From Escherichia coli (GTDB taxonomy: Bacteria; Pseudomonadota; Gammaproteobacteria; Enterobacterales; Enterobacteriaceae): a stretch of DNA of 64,000 nucleotides. Shown here piece by piece: positions 10,691 through 22,531 of this stretch (its first letter is position 1; each line of letters begins with the position of its first letter). The position numbers were made by a program, and so were the translations under genes. The notes below the pieces were generated by a model that was given only the letters and a program-made list of their open reading frames with translations, was not told the origin of the DNA and did not search any database. The DNA is taken from the NCBI RefSeq assembly GCF_016903815.1, contig NZ_CP069973.1. One strand, given 5' to 3'.

Positions 10691-11770
10691 TTAACTGTTC
10701 AAATCAGAAGTCGTATTCCCCGGTAGAACAATATTACTGGCAGCAAGTTCGCCCATGTTGTTGTATATCGCACAGGCAGCTTCGATGATGGGCATCGCCA
10801 GAGCTGCGCCACTCCCCTCACCTAAACGCATCTCCATATTGAGATAAGGCTCCAGCCCCAAATGCGAGAGCGCTATACGCGCGCCTTTTTCTGCCGACAG
10901 GTGAGAAGGAATGAGATACGGTTTGATCGCAGGAGACATCTGGCAGGCTGCGAGCGCAGCAGCATAAGAAAGAAATCCATCCAGCAACACGGGTAAACCG
11001 CAGGAAGCAGCACCTAACATCACTCCAGCTATTCCGACCAAATCAAATCCACCCACTTTTGCCAGGACATCAACACCATCCTGCGGATTTGGTTGATTCA
11101 ACGTAATCGCCCGACGCACAACATCAATTTTATTAGCCAGTTTATCTGTCGGCAGGTTTGCGCCAATCCCAACCACTTCTTCAGGATCCCGGCCAGTGAT
11201 TGTGCTGACTATTGCTGCTGCCGGTGTCGTGTTTGCCATCCCCAGTTCACCTACACCAAACAGCGTGACACCGTTTTTTGCCAGCTCCTGCGTATAACAT
11301 ATGACGTCCAAAAGCAACTTTTCAGCCTGACGGCGACTCATTGCCGGAGCTGAAGCAATATTGCCGCTACCTCGTGCGACACGCATGTTGATAAGCCCGG
11401 GGATAGGCTCAGCAGTATCAATACCAACATCAATTACGTGGACGTTAGCGCCCGCTTGTTCTGCCAGCACACACACGCCGGTTGTTCCACGGGTCATATT
11501 TTCAGCCTGTATGGCTGTCACTTCTTTTGGAGAAATAGCGACCCCTTCCTCCCAGACGCCGTGATCGGCACACATAACCAGTACCGCTTTTTTGCCCACA
11601 TGCGGTATGCCATTCAACCCCGGCATTCCTGCCAGTTGTATGGCAAGCACCTCCAGCTTTCCCAGGCTACCAACAGGTTTGAGTAACCCGTCAATATGCC
11701 GTTGTGCACGCGACATAGCGGTAGAATCGATGGCTGGGATCGTATTCAGTAAATCGGCAAGTATTTGCAT
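10691..11770 (-). CDS. cobT: Nicotinate-nucleotide--dimethylbenzimidazole phosphoribosyltransferase
   Basis: 359 aa ORF ([32 protein letters not shown]...); first gene of the cobT-cobS-cobU cluster on the minus strand. Confidence 0.9.
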   Translation of the reverse strand: MQILADLLNTIPAIDSTAMSRAQRHIDGLLKPVGSLGKLEVLAIQLAGMPGLNGIPHVGKKAVLVMCADHGVWEEGVAISPKEVTAIQAENMTRGTTGVCVLAEQAGANVHVIDVGIDTAEPIPGLINMRVARGSGNIASAPAMSRRQAEKLLLDVICYTQELAKNGVTLFGVGELGMANTTPAAAIVSTITGRDPEEVVGIGANLPTDKLANKIDVVRRAITLNQPNPQDGVDVLAKVGGFDLVGIAGVMLGAASCGLPVLLDGFLSYAAALAACQMSPAIKPYLIPSHLSAEKGARIALSHLGLEPYLNMEMRLGEGSGAALAMPIIEAACAIYNNMGELAASNIVLPGNTTSDLNS

Positions 11771-11781
11771 CTCACGTCTCT

Positions 11782-12525
11782 TTATAGCAGTGCCAGCAGG
11801 AAGACCAGTTCACCAAGCTCTATGGCTGCTCCCAGCGTATCGCCCGTTTGCCCGCCCAGCGTACGTTTGAGAAGCTGACCGAGGATGAAAATCGCCACCA
11901 TCGTCACCACCATAGCAGCCACACCATGCATACCCGGCAATAATACGGCAGCAAAAATAGCGGCTAAGCCGAGTGTGACGCAGGTTTGTCGCCCATCAAT
12001 TTTGCCAATGAACACATTGCCAAGCCCTTCTTCCCGCGCATAACGATGACGATACATCAATAATGCGGCAGTCCCGCGGCTGACCGCACATGCTGCCGCC
12101 AGCGATGCAAGGATCGATTCGCCACGCAGAGCCAACTCGCTTAACACCAGAATCTTTGCCAGTACCACAAAAATCAATGCCAGACCGCCGTGGGTGCCTA
12201 AACGGCTATCACGCATGATTTCCAACATGCGATCGCGGCTACGTGCAGAAAATACGCCATCACAGGTATCAGCGAGGCCGTCCAGATGGAATCCCCCGGT
12301 CATCAGCACCAGCACAAGTACGCTAAACAGTGCCGCCAGTGGTGCGCCACACCATGCCTGCAGCACCATGAAGACCAGCCCGCTAATCGCGCCAAGCAAT
12401 AATCCAATCAAAGGAAAAGTAATAATACCGCGAGAATAATGCTCGAAATCCAGTCCCTGGGACCAGCGACGCGGTACAGGCAGACGCGTAATAAATGAGA
12501 GCATCGCCCAAAATAATTTACTCAT
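11782..12525 (-). CDS. cobS: Adenosylcobinamide-GDP ribazoletransferase (cobalamin synthase)
   Basis: Polytopic membrane ORF; start taken at the internal MSKLFWAML (247 aa), overlapping the cobU stop by 4 bp. Confidence 0.88.
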
Positions 12526-13067
12526 TTGATTTTTACTCCAATACCCGAAACCACCAGCCATACTTCATTTGCCGCAGCGGCCAACTGCTGATTTACCCGC
12601 CCGGCAATATCACGAAAATGTCGTGCAAGACGACTCTCCGGCACAATCCCCATTCCCACTTCGTTAGTCACTAATACAACCTTTGCGGGGCAACGTTGGC
12701 AGGCAGCAATCAACGACTGAATCTCAGCATTAATCGCCTGTTCCATCGCCTGATAATCCCATTCATCAGGGTCTTTATCGCCGCCATAATCAAACAACAG
12801 ATTAGTCACCATTGTGGTAACGCATTCCAGCAACACAACCTCATTCGGGTTAATGTCTGCATGAATTAATTCATCAAGATGTTGCCAGCGCTCCACTGTG
12901 CGCCAGTGCTCCGGGCGGCCTTGCCGATGATGTTCTATCCGTGCAGCCATCTCATCATCAAGGATTTGCGAGGTGGCGATATACAGAACCTGTGAAGAGT
13001 CCCCAATAAGCGCCTCTGCGTGGCGACTCTTCCCGCTCCGTGCGCCCCCCGTCACCAAAATCATCAT
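12522..13067 (-). CDS. cobU: Adenosylcobinamide kinase / adenosylcobinamide-phosphate guanylyltransferase
   Basis: 181 aa ORF with P-loop [14 protein letters not shown]. Confidence 0.9.
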
Positions 13068-14805
13068 ACCGACTCCTGATTCAAATGTATGATGGTATTC
13101 ATTGAACAGAACAATGGATCCCCCACCGTTGCTGACCGCAAAACATTTACGCGATTAATACTGCGCGTAATATAATTAAAAATCCAGCATTCTCAATCCA
13201 TTACGAAATAAGATGGCATTACGGAATAGCCAGACTTTCTCGTGTTAACGTCCGACAAAATGTGTCATTGACAGCGGTTTCTGTGGATTGACACATTTCA
13301 TTCAGATAATGAATTAATGCTACTGCCGGACCAACCAGCAAACGGGCATTGTGTTCTGAAATCCAGGCTATTGATTCAACGTCAGCGACAGATCTGCGCT
13401 GTAAAAGAACTTGTAAAACAACGCAATAGAATTATCCGGAATGGTGGCGACTATGCACTAGAACACCACAATTTCGCTCTCTCGGTAAGGCACTGTCACA
13501 GCATTCAACAGAATGTGACTTGCCAGATTTATTAGCGCCACCAGATGTTTAACCGGGTAACCACGACCCAGTCGGGGATATATTCCATCTTCTCGCTGAC
13601 ATCATCAAGAATAAAAAGGTTTATCACACTCAGAGCAACGTTCTTCAGCAGGCGGGATAATTCTTCAACATTTAAAAGATGTGTTATTAAAGGCATACAA
13701 ACTGGACGTATTGTATTTTCTTTTGGTGGTTGACCTAAGGTAGCAGTTTATCCTGATGCGCTGAGATTTCTGTAATATCTACGTCAACATTCTCCTCGAA
13801 TAGAAAATGCAGCCCCGGCAAGTGATTCACATTTTTTAACAAAACGTTGTTAGCGTGCCATTTTCAGAAGCTCTCCAAGAAAGCGAATTCTTTTCTCAAA
13901 TTCTGCATTCTCAGACACAGCTTTCTACTCCATGGCAATGGCCCAAATACGAAGTTGCTCAGGATCATTAGTGGTGCTGAGAAGTTAAATAACCATGCGG
14001 AGTACCACTCGTCATCACGTATTTATATATCATGAAGCTATTGTTGTGTTTTGTACATCAGTAGATGTATTCTGATATACTCCTTTTGCTAGACATAACC
14101 TTTCACCTGCTTGCAAAGCTTCTGTGTTCTGACATTGCCAAATTGTTGCAATTCTGTATCCAGCCTTCTTTCAGTCATAGCTTCGGGCCGCGATAAGACT
14201 CACTGATCTGACCCTGATTCCTCTTGCAGACTTTATAGACCAATTAAAATGCAGTTTCTGCAGGTCAACGTCTGACCATCATTGTCATCACTCTGGCCAT
14301 TAGAGTAACCTTCTGCATTCATCCTTTTGTAAAAAGTTTATAGACTGGCCCCCTGAATCTCCAGACAACCAATATCACTTAAATAAGTGATAGTCCTGAT
14401 ACAAGTTTTTAGAGTAGTCATTAGTGAACAGATAATTGTTAACTTAGAACCAGTAAAATGCAAACGACGCACCACGCTGGGAAAATCGCTGCTATTCAGC
14501 AGAGTTTTGTACCGAGAATTGTGGCCAGCCACTTATTGCTCTCGCGTAAGCAGGTATCCCCATCGTTTACCAGTCCAGCACATCTTGTGGTCAGGCAGAA
14601 GAAGAGCAAACTGTTACTGGACTCACTGCATGCATGGTGGAGAAAAATGCCACGCTATCCAAAAATCCAGACTGGGAGAATGGTTCAGCTGTGTACTGAA
14701 TCAGTGGGGCGCACTCTGTTATTACAGTGTTGACGGTCAGGCGGAGGCAGACATAATGCCGCGGAAAAAGCCCTTTGTGCCATCTGTCTCGGAAATAAAA
14801 ACTTT

Positions 14806-14979
14806 ATGTTCTTCGGCGGCGAGCGCAGTGCACTGTTGTATGGGCTTATCGGCACTTGCCTTCTGAACGACATTGATCCGGAAGCGTATCTGCGCCATAT
14901 CCTGAGCGTACTGCCGGAATAACCTTCCAACCGTATTGATGAACTCCTGCCATGGAACGTAGTTCTCACCAATAAATAA
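14806..14979 (+). mobile_element. IS66-family transposase C-terminal remnant (frameshifted)
   Basis: Translation MFFGGERSALLYGLIGTCLLNDIDPEAYLRHILSVLPE, then a shifted frame giving PSNRIDELLPWNVVLTNK*, a typical IS66 TnpC C-terminus; an inverted copy lies at 41710-41870. Confidence 0.55.
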
Positions 14980-15117
14980 GCATCAATATGATTCTCCATT
15001 AACGCTTACCTTTTCTCAGGCTATTTTTGCTTTTTTTTGCTTTTCCCCGCCACTTTATGGTGATTATCACATCAATATACATCGACAGATATTAACGTAA
15101 CTGAAGTGAGGTGAAGC

Positions 15118-16331
15118 ATGAAATTTGAACGCCATCATGAAATATTGAAACGACTCAGTAAATTCGGTTCTGTAAAAGTATCCGATCTGTCCAATAGCCT
15201 CAATGTAACGAAAGAAACTATTCGTTCAGATCTTAATGAACTTGCCAGGCTTGGCTATCTGACTCGATGTCATGGCGGTGCTTTTATCGTCCTAGACTCG
15301 CTTGATACTATTGCGAAAAATGAAATCGCTTATGCGCTTGAAAATTATGATACAGCCCAGGGAATAAAAAAAGGCCACTCAACTATGAAAAGTCAAGTAT
15401 GCGTTATTGGTTCGTTTAATGTTGATATCATCAGTTATTTGCCGAGGCTTCCCACTATCGGAGAATCGCTTCTGGCAAGTAATTTTATATTTTCACCGGG
15501 GGAAAAGGCTGTAACCAGGCGCTGGCAGCAAGCTTTGCCGATACTGATGTTTATTTCATAACAAAAGTAGGTACAGATCACTTTAGTGATTATGCGATCA
15601 ACTTTATGAATTCGTCTAAGATTTATAAAAGTATAATTTATCAAACGAAAGAAACGCAAACCGGAACTGCCACGATCCTTGTTAATGAAGGTACTGGCGA
15701 TAATGTTATTGCGATCTATCCCGGTGCCAACATGACAATGTCGTCCGATGAAATAACTATTCAGAAAGAAGCGATTATTAATTCTGATGTCATACTTCTG
15801 CAGCTCGAAACAAATTATACCGCTCTGCAACAAGCGATCACATTGGCGCAAAAAAACAGTATCCCGGTCATTATTAACCCGGCACCCTATAATGATATCG
15901 TCAACGAACTTATTCAGGATGTTGATTATATCACCCCCAATGAAACAGAAGCTGGTTTACTGTCCGGCATAGACGTACACGATCTTGAATCAGCTAAACG
16001 AGCTGCAGAAGCTATCCACAATAAAGGGGTAAAAAACACGGTTATCACGCTCGGTAGCAAGGGCTCGCTCGCATTTGATGGCAAAAAATTCATTCATTCG
16101 CCAGCGTTTCCAGCGGTCGTTAAAAATACGGCAGGAGCCGGGGATGCGTTTAACGGCTCTCTGGCATCAGGACTTGCGAAAGGAAAATCACTGGAATCAG
16201 CACTGTGTTATGCCAGCGCCTTTGCATCCCTAGCGGTGGAGACAAGCAATGCTTCCGACATGCCTGAACATGAATCTGTGATACATCGAATTCAGAGTAT
16301 ACATTATCAGCAAACTATTTTTACGCATTAA
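15118..16331 (+). pseudogene. DeoR-type HTH fragment fused in frame to a frameshifted ribokinase/PfkB-family sugar kinase
   Basis: ORF 15118-15561 starts with a DeoR-like HTH and runs straight into a ribokinase N-terminus (MKSQVCVIGSFNVDIISYLP) before shifting frame; the kinase continues in ORF 15606-16331 (AGAGDAFNG motif). Confidence 0.55.
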
Positions 16332-16344
16332 GAAAGGACAGAGA

Positions 16345-17102
16345 ATGAATAACACCAAAAAATCACTAAAAGTGCTCTTTATTGGGGAATCCTGGCATAT
16401 TCATATGATTCATTCAAAAGGATATGACAGTTTTACCTCAAGTAAATATGAAGAAGGTGCACCTGGTTACTCCAGTGTCTGAAAAATAGTCAGGTAGATG
16501 TCACCTATATGCCAGCACATACGGTACAAATTGCCTTCCCTGAAGATGTGGCACAGTTAGAACAATATGATGCCATCGTTATTAGTGATATTGGTAGTAA
16601 TACTTTCCTGCTACAAAATGATACTTTTTATCAGCTTCGCATAAAACCAAACGCTCTCGAACTGATTAAAGAATATGTGAATAACGGTGGTGGGTTATTG
16701 ATGATTGGCGGCTATCTCTCATTCATGGGAATTGAAGCAAAAGCCAATTATAAAAATACAGTTCTGGCTGATGTGCTCCCGGTTACGATGTTAGATGGTG
16801 ACGATCGTGTCGAAAAACCAGAGGGTGTTATTGCACAGCCATCACAACCTGAACATCCAGTTATTAAAGGGTTCTCTGAATATCCTTTTTTCCTAGGTTA
16901 TAACCGGGCGATCGCTAAAGAAAATGCTGAGGTGGTATTAACAATAAACAACGCTCCATTACTGGTCTTTGGTAACTATCACAACGGGAAAATAGCCTGC
17001 TTTATGAGTGACTGTTCACCGCACTGGGGTACACAGCAGTTTATGTCCTGGCCGTTCTATACCGCGTTGTGGGTAAATATACTGACTCATATTGCAAGAT
17101 AA
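16345..17102 (+). pseudogene. ThuA-like / class I glutamine amidotransferase-like protein, frameshifted
   Basis: N-terminal piece MNNTKKSLKVLFIGESWHIH... stops at 16482; continuation (WLLQCLKNSQVDVTYMPAHT...) is in another frame and joins ORF 16509-17102. Confidence 0.45.
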
Positions 17103-17158
17103 TAATAATAATGGGGTAACTCCAGTTACTCCATTTACTATAATAGAAGGATTGATGT

Positions 17159-18124
17159 ATGAAAAAGAATAAGTACTCAACTCCCTTATGGATGCTTGCC
17201 ACGATTCTTGCGGGTATGCTCTCCCCTATGCAATCAGCGGTGAATGGTCAATTAGGTCACTGGTTACAGGATGGTAATGCATGCGCAGTTATCTCCTTTG
17301 CCAGTGGTTTAGTCGTGATGTTTTTTATTATTATGGCGCGAAAAGAAACCCGGCAACAATTTGCGGCAATTCCTTCTCTGATTAAAAACCGAAAAGTTCC
17401 TCTCTGGAACTGGTTTGCCGGTCTCTGTGGAGCGATGGTGGTATTTTCTGAAGGCGCATCAGCCAGCGCACTCGGGGTCGCAACGTTTCAAACCGCACTG
17501 ATCTCCGCGCTATTGCTGTCTGGTTTACTTTGCGATCGCTTTGGTATCGGTGTCGACGAGAAAAAATACTTTACCCCTTATCGCATCATCGGTGCATTAT
17601 TTGCGGTTATTGCTACGATTTTTGTTGTGTCACCTCAGTGGCATTCTACCTCTTTCATCTTACTTGCCATTCTTCCGTTCTTAGCTGGTTTGCTTGCAGG
17701 ATGGCAGCCCGCTGGAAATGCAAAAGTAGCTGAAGCTACGGGATCCATGCTGGTTTCAATCACCTAGAATTTCATCGTTGGATTTTGTGTTTTAGGCACA
17801 GCGCTAGCTATTCGTGTCGCATTAGGGCACGTCACTGTTCAATTACCAGATGTCTGGTGGATGTATCTTGGCGGCCCGCTTGGACTAATGTCTATCGGTT
17901 TAATGGCCATTTTGGTCAGAGGTCTGGGGTTACTGATGCTGGGGGTTGCTTCAACGGCGGGCCAGTTACTGGGATCAGTATTGATTGACGTATTAATTCC
18001 ATCGCTGGGCAATACCGTTTATCTGGTCACGATCATCGGAACACTGTTTGCACTGGTCGGTGCAATTGTTACCACTATTCCGGAATACAGAGCCTCGAAA
18101 ACAATGAAGAAAATGGAGGTATAA
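17159..18124 (+). pseudogene. DMT/YdcZ-like inner membrane protein, interrupted
   Basis: 202 aa hydrophobic ORF ends at 17767; further hydrophobic ORF pieces continue in other frames (17785-17988, 17861-18124). Confidence 0.45.
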
Positions 18125-18126
18125 TC

Positions 18127-19161
18127 ATGAAAGATTATCTACAAACTGTGACGGGCCCCGTCGCCCGTGAAGATATGGGGCTAACACTTCCTCATGAACA
18201 TCTGTTCAACGATCTTTCCTCTGTTGTGGATGCTCCTTGCTATCCTTTTTCACAACAGCTTGTTGATAAAAAAGTCACGGCAGAAATCCAGTGGGCATTA
18301 AAACACGATCCTTATTGCTGCGCTGATAATATGGACCGCAAACCTATTGAAGATGTGATCTTCGAAATTAATAACTTTATCTCGCTCGGTGGTCGCACCA
18401 TTGTTGATGCCACAGGGTCTGAGTCTATCGGACGAGATGCGCAGGCATTACGAGAAGTCGCATTAAAAACAGGTCTGAATATTGTTGCTTCCTCCGGTCC
18501 CTACCTGGAAAAATTTGAAAGCCAGAGAATTCATAAAACGGTTGATGAACTAGCGACAACGATCGATAAAGAATTGAATCAAGGGATTGGCGATACGGAT
18601 ATTCGTGCCGGAATGATCGGTGAAATAGGTGTCTCACCGACATTTACCGAAGCCGAGCATAACAGCTTGCGGGCTGCCTCGCTGGCACAGATTAACAATC
18701 CTCATGTGGCGATGAATATTCACATGCCGGGCTGGCTTCGTCGCGGTGATGAAGTACTCGACATTGTGTTAGGTGAAATGGGCGTCTCGCCAAATAAAGT
18801 CTCTCTCGCACACTCGGATCCGTCAGGAAAAGACGTGGCGTATCAGCGGAAAATGCTTGATAAAGGTGTCTGGCTGGAATTCGACATGATTGGCCTAGAC
18901 ATTACCTTCCCGAAAGAGGGAATAGCGCCAGGGGTGCAGGAGACTGCCGATGCCGTCGCTCATCTCATTGAGTTGGGATACGCCGATCAGCTTGTTCTCA
19001 GCCACGATGTCTTCCTTAAACAAATGTGGGCTAAAAATGGCGGTAATGGCTGGGGATTTGTTCCAGATGTTTTTCTGGCCTATCTGGCGGAGCGCGGCGT
19101 CGATAAAACGATCCTCAAAAAACTCTGTATCGATAATCCCGGACGATTATTGACCGCATAA
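18127..19161 (+). CDS. Phosphotriesterase-homology protein (PTE family amidohydrolase)
   Basis: 344 aa intact ORF with N-terminal metal-binding HEH (LTLPHEHLF) and PTE-like layout; resembles E. coli Php/YhfV. Confidence 0.7.
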   Translation: MKDYLQTVTGPVAREDMGLTLPHEHLFNDLSSVVDAPCYPFSQQLVDKKVTAEIQWALKHDPYCCADNMDRKPIEDVIFEINNFISLGGRTIVDATGSESIGRDAQALREVALKTGLNIVASSGPYLEKFESQRIHKTVDELATTIDKELNQGIGDTDIRAGMIGEIGVSPTFTEAEHNSLRAASLAQINNPHVAMNIHMPGWLRRGDEVLDIVLGEMGVSPNKVSLAHSDPSGKDVAYQRKMLDKGVWLEFDMIGLDITFPKEGIAPGVQETADAVAHLIELGYADQLVLSHDVFLKQMWAKNGGNGWGFVPDVFLAYLAERGVDKTILKKLCIDNPGRLLTA

Positions 19162-19200
19162 AACCATTATCCCCCGGCACATTGCGCCGGGGGATGTCAA

Positions 19201-19530
19201 TTAATACCCCGCCGTTAAATCATCCACCAAGCGCGAGTCGGATGCGCCGTACAACTCACCATCCGACCCAACCATAATGCTTTGCGTGCTGCCCATCGCC
19301 TCATTCAGCGCCACTTTCTGACCTTTTGCTTCCAGCAGCTTGAGCGTATCCGGACTAAACCCTTTTCAACACGCAGCTCGTCCGGCAACCACTGATGGTG
19401 GAAACGAGGCGCATTGGTCGCTTCGGCAACATTCATTCCACAATTGATGCTGTTCACCACCATTTGCGGCACGGTAGTGATGATCCAGCTACCGGTAACA
19501 AAGTGAGTACATAAAGGCCATACTGTCACG
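19201..19530 (-). pseudogene. Gamma-glutamyltranspeptidase C-terminal remnant
   Basis: Minus-strand translation gives ...NAPRFHHQWLPDELRVEKG, then after a 1-bp loss in an A-run ...FSPDTLKLLEAKGQKVALNEAMGSTQSIMVGSDGELYGASDSRLVDDLTAGY*; only the C-terminal ~110 aa are present. Confidence 0.55.
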
Positions 19531-19812
19531 AACAGTGCAAAAGTGGCTCTTCCTCAACCTGGGTGAAGATTTTCATGCCAGTGGACTCATTACCCTCCGC
19601 CTAAGTAGTTCAAGTCCGGCTCGACCATACATCTGGCGTATCAGCACCTTCAGGCGATTTACATGACCTTCGACAACACCAGTACTCCAGCGACTGCTGA
19701 TTGCCTCACATATAGCCGCAGCATCAGCTTCCATCCCCGCAGCTACGCACCGAAGTTCTGCTGAGCCGCTTTCGTGGACCCGAGTGAACCAGCTGCTTAG
19801 CTGTGATTTATT

Positions 19813-21192
19813 TTAGGTTTTCAGAATACGGTAGAACTCGAGTACCAGTTGCTGCGCTATTTTCAACTCCGGTTCTTTTTCACACATCAGACTAATAAAT
19901 CGGAAAGCATAATTTTCTTCACCCCTGATTATTCTCCAGGGCATCAACCAGCGGCTTACCCGGGACACTGAAGGAAGTCTTGCGGCAGTAGTAACCGGTG
20001 GGATCCAGCCTTTATGCCATTTGGCAACAGCATCCCTGACGATGGTTTCACTGCCTGTAACCCCCCTGGCCACCATTTCCCGCCATATCCGGCCGGAGTT
20101 ATAATTACCACATTCTCGTTGCTCTTTTAACCACTCCCTCCATGGGTCCAGAAGCCCTCGCTTTGGAGGCCTAGTTGACATTTCAGGGAATGTTCCTGAA
20201 CCCACCCAGCGACTGACTGTCACTCGCGACAGGCCTGTAATACGGGATATTTCCCTGAAACTACATCCCTTGTTATGCAGGGCCATAACCTCTGTCCAAC
20301 GCTGATGCCGTTTTTTGCGGATGTGCTGTTTAAGGCGTTCCAGACGACGGAGCGATGCTACAGGCACAGATATTTCTGGCTCAGGTGATTTCTTCAGTGA
20401 TAACTCTCTGACAACAAGACGTATCAGAGGCATATATCTGTACATCATTCGTTCAGGCTCATCACCAATATTTTTTAGCAGGTGCCATCGATCGGCCACC
20501 TGTCTGGCCTGAGGTGCACCTTCACGTGCTGCTGTCGCATAGACTCCACTGCGATCACGCGAGACAACCTGTATTTCCGGATATTTTCTGAACCAGGTCG
20601 CCAGCGTACGCTGATCACGGCCGGGAAGCAGGACGAGGGGACGGTGAGTATCAGGATTGACTATTAACATACCGCAGCAGTGGCCCCGATGCCACGCCCA
20701 CTCATCAATACCGACATGAGGCGCGCCTGACTGTTTCGTCTCCGGGGTATTGATAAGCCTGCGAAGAAGAGTATCAGCACTGCAACGGAGACCCACTGCC
20801 GTTGCAGCCCGTTTTCCAGCCTCACCTACAGCTATTAATCCCAGTTGACGTTGTTAATTTTGTAACGCCTGTGAAGACTGCTGGTGTGAACTGGCGAAGG
20901 GAGCAAGCGACTCGGCAAAAATTTTACGTGAACAAGCCGGGTTACGGCAGTACCAGTGGCGGACGGAAAATACAAGCCATAGCGTCTGCCCTGAGCAGGG
21001 TAGATGCTGTATCCGGCGCCGACGACAACTATGAACAGAGTCGCTACGCTTAAAGCATTCAGGACATTGTGCTGTTTTGCGTTTTCCGTGGAGATGGAGG
21101 GTTATACCGTCAGAGCTAATAATTTGTCGACTGCATCGCCATCCGCAAGGTAACTGTAGAAGTGTCTTAAGAGAGTGCATTGCGTTGCCCAT
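19813..21192 (-). mobile_element. ISL3-like transposase remnant (scrambled/truncated)
   Basis: ORF 20854-21192 has a zf-ISL3-like Cys pattern (CPEC...RRRRIQHLP...YCRNPAC); ORF 19813-20796 has GIDEWAWHRGH and DRWHLLKN motifs plus an HTH. Domain order and length are abnormal. Confidence 0.4.
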
Positions 21193-21475
21193 AACTTAAA
21201 ACAGCTTAGATCCTTGTTCGCCAGAAAGTTTCATCCATTTTCTTCCACCCAGGTTGCGGAAGAACCACTTTTCATCCGTCGTTGACAGATGTGAAGTATG
21301 CGGGAGAAAAAGTGAATATCTAACTGTAATAACTCAGACCGGTACGAGTACTCGGGACGTCTACAATCATTCAGGGCAAAGTGCTAAAATTTCTCTATCC
21401 CGGGATGCCCCTACCAACGCAGCACTCCCGGAGATATCATTACAGCTCTGCAACTGATTTCCGCGACTGAACCGC

Positions 21476-21883
21476 TCAGTTCCTATCCTTCCAGTTGCCC
21501 TCCTGCCCCCCCTCCCTGCTGTATACCCCGGTACCACAACTCGGGCAGCACTTTTCCCCCTCATAATTTTCGTCACACATCACACAAAACCACTTTCTCA
21601 CCTTCACCGTATAATCCGGAACCGTCATACCCTGCAGATGCAAACGACGGGCCTCTTTCTCTGCCGGGTCAAGCCAGGTGCATCGCAGCAGGATTTTCTC
21701 AGCGACAGTCATCTGGTCATGTTCAAACCACGGTGGTTGTCCGTCATTGCCCCGCTGAAGTGTTAACGGGCATCCACAGGACACACAGCACAAAACGTCC
21801 TGGCGGTTGTGCTTCGCTGCTTCTTTCGCCGTAACAAAATGGCCTTTGCTGTCATTCGCCATATAACAGTTCAGAATTCGCAT
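21476..21883 (-). CDS. Hypothetical zinc-ribbon protein (paralog B, PWFEH motif)
   Basis: Start taken at internal MRILNCYMA (AGGAGG RBS); CCVSCGCPL...PWFEH...CVMCDENYEGEKCCPSCG; overlaps the end of paralog A by ~13 bp. Confidence 0.5.
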   Translation of the reverse strand: MRILNCYMANDSKGHFVTAKEAAKHNRQDVLCCVSCGCPLTLQRGNDGQPPWFEHDQMTVAEKILLRCTWLDPAEKEARRLHLQGMTVPDYTVKVRKWFCVMCDENYEGEKCCPSCGTGVYSREGGQEGNWKDRN

Positions 21884-22278
21884 ATTTCCTCCTGAGTTGT
21901 CCGGGGAATACTGAATCCTCCGGTCTGGCAGTGTGTGCAGTACCGCTCCCCATAATAATCGTGGTGACATTGTCTGCAGTGCCAGCTGGCTTTACGCACC
22001 ACGGGTAAGGCATCCGGTACGAATTGCTGCAGACGTTTAATCAACTGTATTTCTCTGCGCTCCGGCCTGACATAAGGGCACTGTTGACCGTGCTCTGTCA
22101 GCCTGTCGTCAGTGTGTTCAAACCAGGGAAGTTCAGTGTCGTATTGCGGATGGTATCTGAGTGCACTGCCACACAAGTGGCAGGTGTAGTTAGCATAAGG
22201 TGCGGCCTGTGCAGTACGGGCGCCCGTCAGACGTCCGTTGCCATCAAGAGCGATAAAGGATTTTGCGTACATAGTCAT
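21871..22278 (-). CDS. Hypothetical zinc-ribbon protein (paralog A, PWFEH motif)
   Basis: 135 aa ORF with CHLCG...PWFEH...CRQCHHDYYGERYCTHC pattern; GAGGA RBS upstream of ATG. Confidence 0.5.
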   Translation of the reverse strand: MTMYAKSFIALDGNGRLTGARTAQAAPYANYTCHLCGSALRYHPQYDTELPWFEHTDDRLTEHGQQCPYVRPERREIQLIKRLQQFVPDALPVVRKASWHCRQCHHDYYGERYCTHCQTGGFSIPRTTQEEICEF

Positions 22279-22531
22279 ATTCCTCAGCCGCCAGACGACA
22301 CGCAGGCAACAGCCGTCCCGGTACGGGCAGCGTGGTCAGGGTGTGAATGGCGGTTCAGTTAAAATCTGGACTGGAGTTTGGGTAAAGCAGGCTGGTTGCT
22401 GTTACAGCACTGTGGTTGTCACACAATGGAACACTGACGTAAAAAACAGTCAGTGGGCGAGTGGATACATCGTTGCCGCCAGACAACAACCCATACTTTT
22501 GGTTTGCCGGGTATTGGCGCGCCAGTCGTGC

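Noticed and set aside
19813..20796. The 327-aa ORF as an intact functional transposase
   Set aside because: The catalytic region between the GIDE and DRWH motifs is far too short and the HTH is misplaced relative to ISL3 architecture; it is treated as a remnant.
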